IMG/VR virus record: IMGVR_UViG_3300025383_001098
DNA from: a virus
Reading direction: 5' to 3' (one strand)
DNA: 64,000 nt
A program made the position numbers and the translations under genes. Numbering within the stretch: the first letter of the stretch is position 1; each line of letters opens with the position of its first letter. Below the pieces are notes generated by a model. It saw only the letters and a list, made by a program, of their open reading frames with translations, had not been told where the DNA came from and did no database searches. Positions 1 through 8,514 of the stretch are shown one piece after another.

Positions 1-1
1 T

Positions 2-613
2 AAGAGTAGTCAAACTTATCAAAATATTATTGCTGACGTTAGTACTATTGCTGAAGCCACTCACGATCGTATACTAACAAGATTACAAACAGAAAGTTTA
101 GATGTTGCTCGTTTAACTCTGGGCCAAGTTCCAGTAATTGAAGGAAATACTCTGTCTGGCGTGATCCTTAACAGCAGACTTCAAACAGTCGGTCAATTAA
201 AAGATTTACAGACACAAGGTGAAACTTTACTAAGCGAAACGTTATATACATCAAATCGTCGTGTTGGGGTTAACACCATGGATCCTACAACTGCCTTGAG
301 TATTTGGGATGAAGAAATTGAAATAGGCATTGGCAAACAAAGTTCAAATACAGCACAGCTCGGAACCCCAAGAGAGCAGAGTCTGGTGTTAAGTAGTAAC
401 AAACAAAAAAACATTACACTGACCGCAGACGGAACCGCCGTAATACCAAAACTACAAATTGGTAATATGGCATTTTCCAGTGCAGCAACTCCTCCCAGTT
501 ATAATGCTCCTAAGGGCACAGTGGTCTTTAATGAAAATCCAAGCCTTGGTGGTCCATTAGGATGGGTATCACTTGGTGATGCACGTTGGGCTAATTTTGG
601 TATTATAGATTAA
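2..613 (+). CDS. C-terminal part of a probable virion structural protein (5'-truncated by window edge)
   Basis: Frame is open from position 2 to TAA at 613; C-terminal GTVVFNENP..GGPLGWV..G.W..FG motif resembles phage tail/baseplate protein ends. Confidence 0.55.
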   Translation, partial: KSSQTYQNIIADVSTIAEATHDRILTRLQTESLDVARLTLGQVPVIEGNTLSGVILNSRLQTVGQLKDLQTQGETLLSETLYTSNRRVGVNTMDPTTALSIWDEEIEIGIGKQSSNTAQLGTPREQSLVLSSNKQKNITLTADGTAVIPKLQIGNMAFSSAATPPSYNAPKGTVVFNENPSLGGPLGWVSLGDARWANFGIID

Positions 614-616
614 TCA

Positions 617-1927
617 ATGTTAAAAGATTCTTTTTGTTCCAGTCCCTGGTTCCACCTCCGCCTTACTTACGATGGTAGTTTTGAAGAATGCCGCTGGTAT
701 AAAAAACAAGATGCCGCATCAGTCAACTTAGCATCAACCTCTATAATGGAATTTTACAATCATGATCGTATGCGTCAGTTGCGTACAGACTTGCTTGATG
801 GTAAAAAGCCTGCTGGGTGTTCTACTTGCTACTACGAAGATAGTTTTAACAAACTAAGTGGCCGTCGTAGACAGCTATTAAAAAGCGGAATTACTGATAA
901 AGATTTTGCTCTTACCGCTCGTAGTAGTCCGCACTATGATAAATTTGTTGATACTTACGACAATGATGGTATTGGTTATTATTATCCAACTGATTTACAA
1001 ATAGATCTTGGCAACACCTGTAATAGTGCCTGCATCATGTGCGATCCGTTTGCCAGCAGTCGCCTACAGCAAGAATACAAAAAATTACATCGTATTAATA
1101 GTCAATTATTTGTTGAGCCAACTGACTATAAATCTTGGACACAAGATCCTGCAATATTAGAAAAATTTGTCAATGAGCTAACAGCCATTCCGGACATTAA
1201 GTACATACATTTTTTAGGAGGCGAGACTCTATATGATCCTGCATTCTATATAATCTGTGAGCGTCTAATTGAAGTTGGCCTGTCCAAGGAAATTATTGTT
1301 GGAACAACTACCAACGGAACAATATATGATGATCGGTTGGAATATCTAATAAAACAATTCAAAGAGTTTCACTTGGGTATCAGCATAGAATCTGTTACAG
1401 CGTTAAATGATTACATTAGATATCCGGGGAAGATAGACAATATATTAGCCAATACAGACAAGTTTTTGGAACTAAGAAACAACTCAAGTCTTTACGTTTC
1501 TCTAAGAATAACACCAAACATTTTTACTATCAACGAAATAGATCAATTGTTTGAGTACATGATTGAAAAAAATGTCATTGCTGAAAGTTGTAATATATTA
1601 TTTAAGCCCGAGTCATTGCGTATAGAGCTACTGCCAGACAATATACGTATGTCGATTACAACTAAATTAAAAAATTTAATTGAAAAATATAATTTATCCA
1701 AAACAGATCAGGTCAATGTTCGTCGTAGAGATCTGATACCCGATGTTATTGCCAATGTTGTATTAGATTATTATAATTTTATCACTACCTACACAGTTCC
1801 TGATAATGCAGAAGAACTTAGATATCAATTAGTAGATTTTTTAAAAGCATTTGAACTTAGTAGAAACAACTCGATATTAGATTATGCACCCGACTATGAA
1901 CAATTTCTCCGACATTACGGATATTAA
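617..1927 (+). CDS. Radical SAM protein with N-terminal SPASM/twitch-like Cys cluster
   Basis: CNSACIMC (CxxxCxxC), GGE motif, N-terminal FCSSPW...C...CSTC. Confidence 0.85.
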   Translation: MLKDSFCSSPWFHLRLTYDGSFEECRWYKKQDAASVNLASTSIMEFYNHDRMRQLRTDLLDGKKPAGCSTCYYEDSFNKLSGRRRQLLKSGITDKDFALTARSSPHYDKFVDTYDNDGIGYYYPTDLQIDLGNTCNSACIMCDPFASSRLQQEYKKLHRINSQLFVEPTDYKSWTQDPAILEKFVNELTAIPDIKYIHFLGGETLYDPAFYIICERLIEVGLSKEIIVGTTTNGTIYDDRLEYLIKQFKEFHLGISIESVTALNDYIRYPGKIDNILANTDKFLELRNNSSLYVSLRITPNIFTINEIDQLFEYMIEKNVIAESCNILFKPESLRIELLPDNIRMSITTKLKNLIEKYNLSKTDQVNVRRRDLIPDVIANVVLDYYNFITTYTVPDNAEELRYQLVDFLKAFELSRNNSILDYAPDYEQFLRHYGY

Positions 1928-2267
1928 TCCCGACCAACAATTACGTGTTCGTCTGGACATAGTTACTCACGGATCTGTACACTATAGGCTCCGTCTCAAT
2001 GGGCATTTAATTTTAGACAATACTGCAGAATTGTATTTGAATTTGTTTGCACCAATACACTTACAATGTACAATTATAGATGCTGTTGGGGATTCGGCAT
2101 TAGAAATCAAAAATTTATCTGTAAATAACTTAGAAGTTCTGCCACGTTATATGCATTGGGCCTCAGAACCCACTTTATGGTTAACCAAAAATGAGTGGCT
2201 GTTCAGTGTTCGAGAACCATTTTATCCTTGGTATCACAAAATTTCTGGACAAGGTTTTATCGCTTGA
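1896..2267 (+). CDS. Hypothetical protein
   Basis: ORF overlapping the end of the rSAM gene; no recognised motif. Confidence 0.6.
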   Translation: MNNFSDITDINPDQQLRVRLDIVTHGSVHYRLRLNGHLILDNTAELYLNLFAPIHLQCTIIDAVGDSALEIKNLSVNNLEVLPRYMHWASEPTLWLTKNEWLFSVREPFYPWYHKISGQGFIA

Positions 2268-2292
2268 CCATAAAATAATATACTGCTATAAT
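2264..2292 (+). promoter_or_regulatory. Sigma70-type early promoter (leaderless uvsE)
   Basis: TTGACC-17 nt-TATAAT with extended -10 TG; ATG at 2299. Confidence 0.8.
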
Positions 2293-2298
2293 AGCGGT

Positions 2299-3369
2299 AT
2301 GACTACATTTACTACTCCACGTATCGGCTTTGCCTGCAAATGGATTGATCGTCCAGACCAAACCGAAGGCATCAAATCTACCGACCCCGCTCGTAAATAC
2401 AATACAGGTACCACTACTGTGGCCTGGTTAAACCGTCAGACACGGGCGATAGCGGAGCAGAAGTTATGGGATTTAATGGTACAAAACATCGAGGCAACAA
2501 GACTCTTAGTGGAGCGAGTCAGTGAACTCCCAGAGTCTCTACGCATGGTGCGTCTTAGCAGTGATATTCTTCCTTGCTATACCCATGGGGACTTTTCTGG
2601 TTATTGGATGGAACCTTCTGTTGTTTCATACGCCGAAACCCACTTTAAGAGAGTGGGAGATATTGCTCGGGCTAACGGCGTTCGCCTTAGTTTCCACCCT
2701 GGGCAGTTTACTGTTCTTGCATCAAGTAATCCTGGGATAGTCAATCGTTCAATAGAGGAGTTTGAATATCATGCAACTATGGCACGTTGGATGGGTTTCG
2801 GAGCCCAATTCCAAGATTGTAAGATTAACGTACACATCTCAGGCCGTGAAGGGCCTGAAGGCATTAGACGTGCCTACAACCGATTGTCACCTGAAGCTCG
2901 TAACTGCATTACCATCGAAAACGAAGAAAACGCCTGGGGGTTAAATGATTGTCTTACCATTTCTGATCTTGTACCTATTGTGCTCGATATTCATCATCAC
3001 TGGATACGTGAGGGAGAATACATCCTACCTGGAGACGACCGTGTTAAACGAGTTATTGATAGTTGGCGTGGTGTTCGTCCTACTTGCCATTATAGCGTTA
3101 GTCGCGAAGACGTACTTGTTGGACATGATACATCCAGGTTACCTGAGCATAAGGCACTTCTGGTAGAAGGTTACAAGAAACAGAGCCTACGTGCTCACAG
3201 TGACTTTTATTGGAATCGTGCAGTTAACGAGTGGGCAATGAGTTTTAATCAAGACTTTGATATCATGTGCGAAAGCAAAGGTAAGAATTTAGCCAGCTTT
3301 GCTTTTGCTAAAAGTAAGACGCAAACGCAGGACGAAAATACTGATCGTACCATGCTGTTGACAGCATAA
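2299..3369 (+). CDS. uvsE: UV damage endonuclease UvsE/UVDE
   Basis: RIGFAC, RLSSDILP, RLSFHPGQF, IENEE, LDIHHH, RAHSD, MCESKGK motifs. Confidence 0.92.
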   Translation: MTTFTTPRIGFACKWIDRPDQTEGIKSTDPARKYNTGTTTVAWLNRQTRAIAEQKLWDLMVQNIEATRLLVERVSELPESLRMVRLSSDILPCYTHGDFSGYWMEPSVVSYAETHFKRVGDIARANGVRLSFHPGQFTVLASSNPGIVNRSIEEFEYHATMARWMGFGAQFQDCKINVHISGREGPEGIRRAYNRLSPEARNCITIENEENAWGLNDCLTISDLVPIVLDIHHHWIREGEYILPGDDRVKRVIDSWRGVRPTCHYSVSREDVLVGHDTSRLPEHKALLVEGYKKQSLRAHSDFYWNRAVNEWAMSFNQDFDIMCESKGKNLASFAFAKSKTQTQDENTDRTMLLTA

Positions 3370-4372
3370 GATTTCGATTATGCTCAACAATTGGTTTCAC
3401 CTTTTCCAAAATCTCCGCCTGTGGTTGTTGCTCCAACAATTTCACTTGGTCCATAGCCAGGCTACACCGTTTTTCAAAGTCAGACATACTGTCATAACTT
3501 TCGTCAATGATGCCGTCAAAGGTTTTAAAGCCTAAATTGCGTAGATTTTGTAACGCACCTTGTCCGCTTAGACAAACAAATAATCTACTGCCCAGAATGG
3601 GTTTGACTGTTTTTTCTGTATAGAAACTATAATGGTTGCTATGATTAGTTTCTGCTATTAAAGTGTAGGCAGTTTGATTGTACACGCTTAGTGGTATGAT
3701 TTGACTTATGCTCATGCGATAGCCATAGTACTTGAATTGTTCAACGGTCCACTCAACCGGTCGATCTCTCTCAAGTCCTTCATCTTCCCAGACCCACTTA
3801 TCGGGATCGTCGAAGTTGTTATTGTTAATCTGACCAAGATAACGTACAATATTTTTGGCAGGGTCTAATCTCGCAAATGCAAAATCTCTGTGATTTTTCT
3901 TTCGACCAAGTAATGCGTCAAAGAAGTAGGGTTTAACGGCATAAGGATTGAGAACATCGAGTGTTTCTGGACGCACAAAACGATAAAAGTGTACTGTGGT
4001 AGTAAACCAATCATAGAATTTATGCACAGGACTGTGATCTAAATCAAAATTAAAATCGCCGCAGATAAAATAACTTACTCGAGGATGGTCGTGCCGTTGG
4101 ACTATTTCAATAGTCCGATCGTGCAATTCACTCATGAGAATAAGAACATGGTCCGCAAACCCTGTTAAATCTGTAATTTCATTATCAAATTCAGACCTAA
4201 TGGGATAGGGCATTTGTAAGCAGGCAATTTTGTATGCGTGTTTACTGTTTCGAAAAGGTTCTAAATTATTGTAGACCGTGAATCCCGAAAGGCCACATCT
4301 TGTGAAATGGAAATGAAAAAGGGCGTTTGTATTTTCAGGTACAAACACCCCTACATCAGTTTTTTGCATCAA
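3308..4372 (-). CDS. Glycosyltransferase-like protein (GT-B/GT10-like C-terminus)
   Basis: IAET...FYTEKTVKPI...LRNLGFKTF..IIDESYD pattern common in large-phage GT-like proteins. Confidence 0.5.
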   Translation of the reverse strand: MMQKTDVGVFVPENTNALFHFHFTRCGLSGFTVYNNLEPFRNSKHAYKIACLQMPYPIRSEFDNEITDLTGFADHVLILMSELHDRTIEIVQRHDHPRVSYFICGDFNFDLDHSPVHKFYDWFTTTVHFYRFVRPETLDVLNPYAVKPYFFDALLGRKKNHRDFAFARLDPAKNIVRYLGQINNNNFDDPDKWVWEDEGLERDRPVEWTVEQFKYYGYRMSISQIIPLSVYNQTAYTLIAETNHSNHYSFYTEKTVKPILGSRLFVCLSGQGALQNLRNLGFKTFDGIIDESYDSMSDFEKRCSLAMDQVKLLEQQPQAEILEKVKPIVEHNRNLMLSTAWYDQYFRPAFASYF

Positions 4373-4618
4373 TTACTTAGTGGCTTTTTTTGCCTTGGTA
4401 GATGCTTTTTTAGCGGCTGGTTTTTTAGCAGCTTGTGTTGTGGCTTTTTTAACTGTTGGTTTTTTAGCAACCTTAGCTACTTCAGCTACTGCAACCTTGA
4501 CTTCAGCAACTTCTTCTTTAACGGCTTCAACTACTGTTTCTTTTTTGCTGAATGCTTTGATTAAAGTCCAAGCAACTACGGCTACAAGTGCAATACCTAC
4601 GATTAATGTAAAATCCAT
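4373..4618 (-). CDS. Membrane-anchored protein with Ala/Lys-rich histone H1-like tail
   Basis: AGGAG SD before ATG at 4618; N-terminal hydrophobic helix; AAKKPAAKKA tail; late CTAAATA motif at 4648-4654 on minus strand. Confidence 0.75.
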   Translation of the reverse strand: MDFTLIVGIALVAVVAWTLIKAFSKKETVVEAVKEEVAEVKVAVAEVAKVAKKPTVKKATTQAAKKPAAKKASTKAKKATK

Positions 4619-4691
4619 TTTAACTCTCCTGTTTGAATAGATAATATTATTTAGTGATGGCTCGACCCTGAAAACTTTTTCTCCGAAAAGG

Positions 4692-4728
4692 TTGCAAAAT
4701 GTTGCGTTGCACAATATAATCATAAATA
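4692..4728 (+). promoter_or_regulatory. Sigma70 promoter with PhaR-like box in the spacer, followed by a late motif
   Basis: TTGCAA(4692)-17-TATAAT(4715); TGCGTTGCACAA at 4703-4714; CATAAATA at 4721. Confidence 0.6.
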
Positions 4729-4800
4729 AATGTAGCAGTACGTAAGATGCTGAATAGTTCGGGTCTTGCGATAACATTTCGCTTAATAAAGGAAAATAAA

Positions 4801-5040
4801 ATGTTCAATTTTAAATCAGTAGTAGACCAAGTAGCAACAGCAACAAAAACACCTTTGACCTACGTTGAAGACAAGAATTTGCGTTCCAGCTTAGAAGCCG
4901 TAGTTGATGCTCAAGCTAAATTTGTAAAAACATTATTTGACACTAACTTAGATTTGTCTAAGCAAGTAGTTGAAAAGGCTAAAGAATATGATTATTCTAA
5001 GCCATTTGCTGAATTAGCATCAGAGTTATTAGCTAAGTAA
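4801..5040 (+). CDS. Small amphipathic helical protein, phasin-like
   Basis: AAGGA SD; all-helical amphipathic sequence (VVDAQAKFVKTLFD); PhaR-like box upstream. Confidence 0.5.
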   Translation: MFNFKSVVDQVATATKTPLTYVEDKNLRSSLEAVVDAQAKFVKTLFDTNLDLSKQVVEKAKEYDYSKPFAELASELLAK

Positions 5041-5057
5041 TCTTAGTTTTAACTATC

Positions 5058-5085
5058 AAAGGGCCTTAATGGCCCTTTCTTTTTT
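5058..5085 (+). terminator. Intrinsic terminator
   Basis: AAAGGGCC-TTAAT-GGCCCTTT followed by T-run. Confidence 0.85.
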
Positions 5086-5104
5086 GCCTTAATTGAATAA
5101 ATAC

Positions 5105-5112
5105 TATAAATA
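5105..5112 (+). promoter_or_regulatory. T4-like late promoter
   Basis: TATAAATA upstream of SD and ATG 5141. Confidence 0.7.
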
Positions 5113-5140
5113 ACTGTATGCCCCATAGGAGACAAATTTC

Positions 5141-5473
5141 ATGGCAATCCAAAAGACAATAGTATACTCATGCCCAACCGGTGATTTTGCAGATAGCAAA
5201 GCCGCAATGGACGCATTCCATGCAGCAAGTTGCAGAGGTGATGCAGATGCAATCGCCGCATCTCGTGCAATTAGCCAAAGATATTTCACAACACCTGTAG
5301 TAATGACCTGGAGCGATTCTACAAAAACACTTACAATCGTTCAAGAGTTTGCCGATGAAGCTTCTGCAACAGCGTACTATGCAGAATACTCAGCTCATTT
5401 AGCTTCGATTACAGGCGGTGGTGACATTACCGATAATAAATTTATCATTATTAGCCCTACACAACCGGTTTAA
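5141..5473 (+). CDS. Hypothetical late protein
   Basis: AGGAG SD, late motif upstream, terminator downstream. Confidence 0.75.
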   Translation: MAIQKTIVYSCPTGDFADSKAAMDAFHAASCRGDADAIAASRAISQRYFTTPVVMTWSDSTKTLTIVQEFADEASATAYYAEYSAHLASITGGGDITDNKFIIISPTQPV

Positions 5474-5501
5474 TACACCTGTTGTAAAAAGACAACATCA
5501 C

Positions 5502-5530
5502 AAAGCCCCATATTATGGGGCTTTTTCTTT
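5502..5530 (+). terminator. Intrinsic terminator
   Basis: AAAGCCCCATA-T-TATGGGGCTTT followed by T-run. Confidence 0.8.
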
Positions 5531-5533
5531 GAG

Positions 5534-5562
5534 TTGACCTATAATTCTGTTCCTGCTATACT
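5534..5562 (+). promoter_or_regulatory. Sigma70-type early promoter
   Basis: TTGACC-17-TATACT, extended -10 TG. Confidence 0.75.
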
Positions 5563-5594
5563 TAATCTAAGTTAAACAAAGTAGGATAACAAAA

Positions 5595-6002
5595 ATGAAC
5601 TTAATATCTTTCACTACAGTAGAAGAAGGTAGTAGCAGTATCAATATGGCTAACTACCGTTATTTGGGAGATAGAATCAATATATTAGGCGCCAGACTTG
5701 ATGCCGCAAGAGATGCACTGGCCAGGTCCGAAACCGCTTGGACCAAGCAATATTGGACACAGGTTATTGAACGTTTAACATTCCAATGGCGCAATTTGCC
5801 TGCACTACACGACGGAAATGCACAGGTTAGTTTAACCCCACGCTGGACTGTTGACTATAATTTTTACGAACGAGATGACGGTGTTGGACATACCGACTGG
5901 GTGGATCGATTTATTGGTTCAGCGTCTTGGGGTCTTGAAACTCGAATGAACGAAAGTTGGAATCGAGCCCGCGAAGCACGTTTGGCCCGAGCACAATATT
6001 AA
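5595..6002 (+). CDS. Hypothetical protein
   Basis: ORF after early promoter; alternative start at 5646. Confidence 0.65.
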   Translation: MNLISFTTVEEGSSSINMANYRYLGDRINILGARLDAARDALARSETAWTKQYWTQVIERLTFQWRNLPALHDGNAQVSLTPRWTVDYNFYERDDGVGHTDWVDRFIGSASWGLETRMNESWNRAREARLARAQY

Positions 6003-6026
6003 TTTTTTAACCTGTAAGGAGAAGTC

Positions 6027-6179
6027 ATGAGTCGTTTAGAAGCAATGGCCACAGAGGCTGTATTTCAACTGCAATTTAATACCCGCGATGCTGTTCGTTA
6101 TGTTCAACGTAATGCTCAAGTTGACTATACCACTGCCCAACAGGCCATTAAACAAGTTGTAACATTCCACCGCCGCTGA
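6027..6179 (+). CDS. Small hypothetical protein (50 aa, MSRLEAMATE...)
   Basis: AAGGAG SD; read by hand, below the ORF-track cutoff. Confidence 0.65.
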   Translation: MSRLEAMATEAVFQLQFNTRDAVRYVQRNAQVDYTTAQQAIKQVVTFHRR

Positions 6180-6180
6180 T

Positions 6181-6435
6181 ATGCTCTGCGCCATAATTGG
6201 ATTTTTAACTTCGCCGGCGGTTTGTGCAATGCCAGAAATGCTAACATCGCCCAGACCCCCGTATGAAGTTACATTTACTATGTATGGTCCTGATCCCGAC
6301 TGTTACAATCGAGATCGGCATATCAGATATCTAACCAAATTGAAAAACCAACCTGTACAGGGCGATGACGACAAAGAAAGTTATGATAGTGCCATCGATC
6401 AATATGTACGCAGACTACAATACTATTGCCGATGA
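6181..6435 (+). CDS. Small exported Cys-containing protein
   Basis: Hydrophobic N-terminus; DC..R...YL motif shared with next ORF. Confidence 0.55.
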   Translation: MLCAIIGFLTSPAVCAMPEMLTSPRPPYEVTFTMYGPDPDCYNRDRHIRYLTKLKNQPVQGDDDKESYDSAIDQYVRRLQYYCR

Positions 6436-6821
6436 AAACTATTAAAGTTCTTGCTGTTATCTTGTTAGCCATGCCCGTGCTGTCGCAGGCCGAATTGTTA
6501 CATAGCCCAAAAACAGAAGTCATGGATTTTCAAGATTTGAATTACTATAGAACCGACTGTAGTCACCGAACCGAGCAGTTGGCCTTTTTAAAAAACCAAT
6601 TGGACAATGTACCATTTTGGGAGAAGCGAAGTAAAGCAGTTATTAATTACTATATTCGTTTTATCAAGGCCAGTTGTCCAGAGCCAGAACCGGCTAAATT
6701 TGCCAACTGTCTTTCGGTCCGAGAACAATTTGGAGAAAACTCCAGTCAAGCAACAGTATGTAGATCTCCAAATTTTAAAGGCCCTGTTATTAATCGTTGG
6801 GAAAATGAAATTGACAATTAA
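6432..6821 (+). CDS. Exported Cys-containing protein
   Basis: Sec signal peptide (MKTIKVLAVILLAMPVLSQA); ATGA overlap. Confidence 0.65.
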   Translation: MKTIKVLAVILLAMPVLSQAELLHSPKTEVMDFQDLNYYRTDCSHRTEQLAFLKNQLDNVPFWEKRSKAVINYYIRFIKASCPEPEPAKFANCLSVREQFGENSSQATVCRSPNFKGPVINRWENEIDN

Positions 6822-6839
6822 TTCAGGTTGTGTTATAGT
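6811..6839 (+). promoter_or_regulatory. Sigma70-type early promoter
   Basis: TTGACA-17-TATAGT, extended -10 TG. Confidence 0.75.
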
Positions 6840-6872
6840 AGTAAGTATGTTAACCAAAGTAAGAGGTGTAAA

Positions 6873-7601
6873 ATGAAGAAGTTAGTGTTTGTAGTAGCAG
6901 TAACGTCCTTGTTAGCCGCTTGTGGCAGTACGCCCAAGTTATCGCAATCGGACGAACGTGATGTTAAACGCATGGAAGCCAGTTTTAAAACTATTCCAGA
7001 TTGGTTTACTGACGTTCCTAAAAACGATGGCTCGGCTATCTATGCTGTGGGTGATGGTGTTAGTTCCAGTGCAAGTGGTGCCATTGGCAATGCTCGTGCC
7101 AATGCCTTTGAAGGCATTTGCCAAACAGCCGGGGGCAAGGTACGAAGCCAAACCAAAGTATTCCGTACAGACACAGAAAAAAATAGCAACAGCATTACCA
7201 CAACCGCTATTCGTAACTTCTGCCCAGACGTTGATGTTACTGGTGCCGCAGTTGTTCGACAATCTGTAGTACAAGAAGGCTCCAGAATCCGTGCTTATGT
7301 TTTGGTACAGTTGCCATTGGGTGATAATAATGTTTTAGCTCGTACAAAACACCAAGACCGTATGGAGGAAAACCTTATTCAAAACCGTGATCGCGAATTC
7401 CGCGAATTGGATAATTTAGTAGATCCAAAAACTCAAGCACAGCCAGTGCAAAAGGGACCAGAAGTAAGTGTGGTTAATCCCAACGGTACTACATCTACTT
7501 TGAATTTAATGCCTGTGGAAAACGAAGAGTATAAAGCTCGACGTGCAGAAGCACTTAAAAAGCCCGGTGCTGTAGTAGGACAAGTTACAGTCAATAACTA
7601 A
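6873..7601 (+). CDS. Lipoprotein (LPP20-like)
   Basis: Lipobox LAAC; PDWF...IYAVGDGVS...A...A pattern; GAGG SD. Confidence 0.7.
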   Translation: MKKLVFVVAVTSLLAACGSTPKLSQSDERDVKRMEASFKTIPDWFTDVPKNDGSAIYAVGDGVSSSASGAIGNARANAFEGICQTAGGKVRSQTKVFRTDTEKNSNSITTTAIRNFCPDVDVTGAAVVRQSVVQEGSRIRAYVLVQLPLGDNNVLARTKHQDRMEENLIQNRDREFRELDNLVDPKTQAQPVQKGPEVSVVNPNGTTSTLNLMPVENEEYKARRAEALKKPGAVVGQVTVNN

Positions 7602-7677
7602 GCCGTTAATGATTGAATAAAGTAGTAGTTAATGCTCTTGCGAGGTATATTATAAATACCTTAGCGAGGGCATTTTC

Positions 7678-8160
7678 ATGGCAAGACACAATCCCATACG
7701 TTATATTATGGAAGCACCGCTTCCAAGCAAAACATACCAACGACGACTTCAATACCGCCCAAGTTACAAAGACATCAACTACGCATACAACAAACTCAAT
7801 TTTTATCTATTTGATAATCGTCTACGCAAACCATATATAGAACAAGGTACACGCAGACAGACCTGGGGCTATTGCCAGTGGGAAGATGAACTACAAGATA
7901 CAGGTAGTTATTGCCATATCAAATTAATGGATAAATGGTTTTGCCCGCAGTGGTTTTGGAATACTCTGGCACACGAAATGGTACATCAATGGCAATGGGA
8001 CATTGGCCGTTTTGAAGGCTACAGAGTAGATACATCAAGTGGTAGTCATGGCAGAAGTTTCTTCCTATGGCGCGATAGATTTGCCCATTATGGACTTAGT
8101 CTAAAAACAGCACATGGAATGAAGCGTTGGCTAAAACATCAAACTTTTTCTAAATGTTAA
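7678..8160 (+). CDS. SprT-like zinc metalloprotease
   Basis: YNKLN..LFDN.L, TLAHEMVH (HExxH), HG..F motifs. Confidence 0.8.
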   Translation: MARHNPIRYIMEAPLPSKTYQRRLQYRPSYKDINYAYNKLNFYLFDNRLRKPYIEQGTRRQTWGYCQWEDELQDTGSYCHIKLMDKWFCPQWFWNTLAHEMVHQWQWDIGRFEGYRVDTSSGSHGRSFFLWRDRFAHYGLSLKTAHGMKRWLKHQTFSKC

Positions 8161-8256
8161 TCTCGTAATAAAACTTTAATATTTTGTATTGCATTGCATG
8201 ATAAATATCTAAGTAGAAACACTAATATGGTTTTTACTTAGAATAGGAGTCACACA

Positions 8257-8424
8257 ATGACACAATTATTAGAAAAACTTACAGAGTTTTTTAGCGTAAA
8301 CGAGCAATCACAATTAGAGCAATTTATCAATAGCAAACAGCCAACTAATGCAGCAGAAGTTGAGTACTGGACAAAACAGTACGAAAACAACAACGAAGGC
8401 CTGTACTGGAGCCGTGGACTATGA
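8257..8424 (+). CDS. Small protein (55 aa), DUF3563-like
   Basis: AGGAG SD; QSQLEQFINSKQPTNAAEVEYW; family resemblance from memory only. Confidence 0.55.
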   Translation: MTQLLEKLTEFFSVNEQSQLEQFINSKQPTNAAEVEYWTKQYENNNEGLYWSRGL

Positions 8425-8513
8425 AACAATTTTTAAATGACATTTACGAAGCTATCAAAGCAGTACAACAGGCACGTGCCGAAGCAATGGTTAAAGGCCA
8501 ATACTGGTATTAA
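8421..8513 (+). CDS. Small protein (30 aa)
   Basis: ATGA overlap; MKQFLNDIYEAIKAVQQARAEAMVKGQYWY. Confidence 0.55.
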   Translation: MKQFLNDIYEAIKAVQQARAEAMVKGQYWY

Positions 8514-8514
8514 T

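Noticed and set aside
5479-5497. LexA SOS box
   Set aside because: The palindrome is TGTTG-N8-CAACA, not CTGT-N8-ACAG
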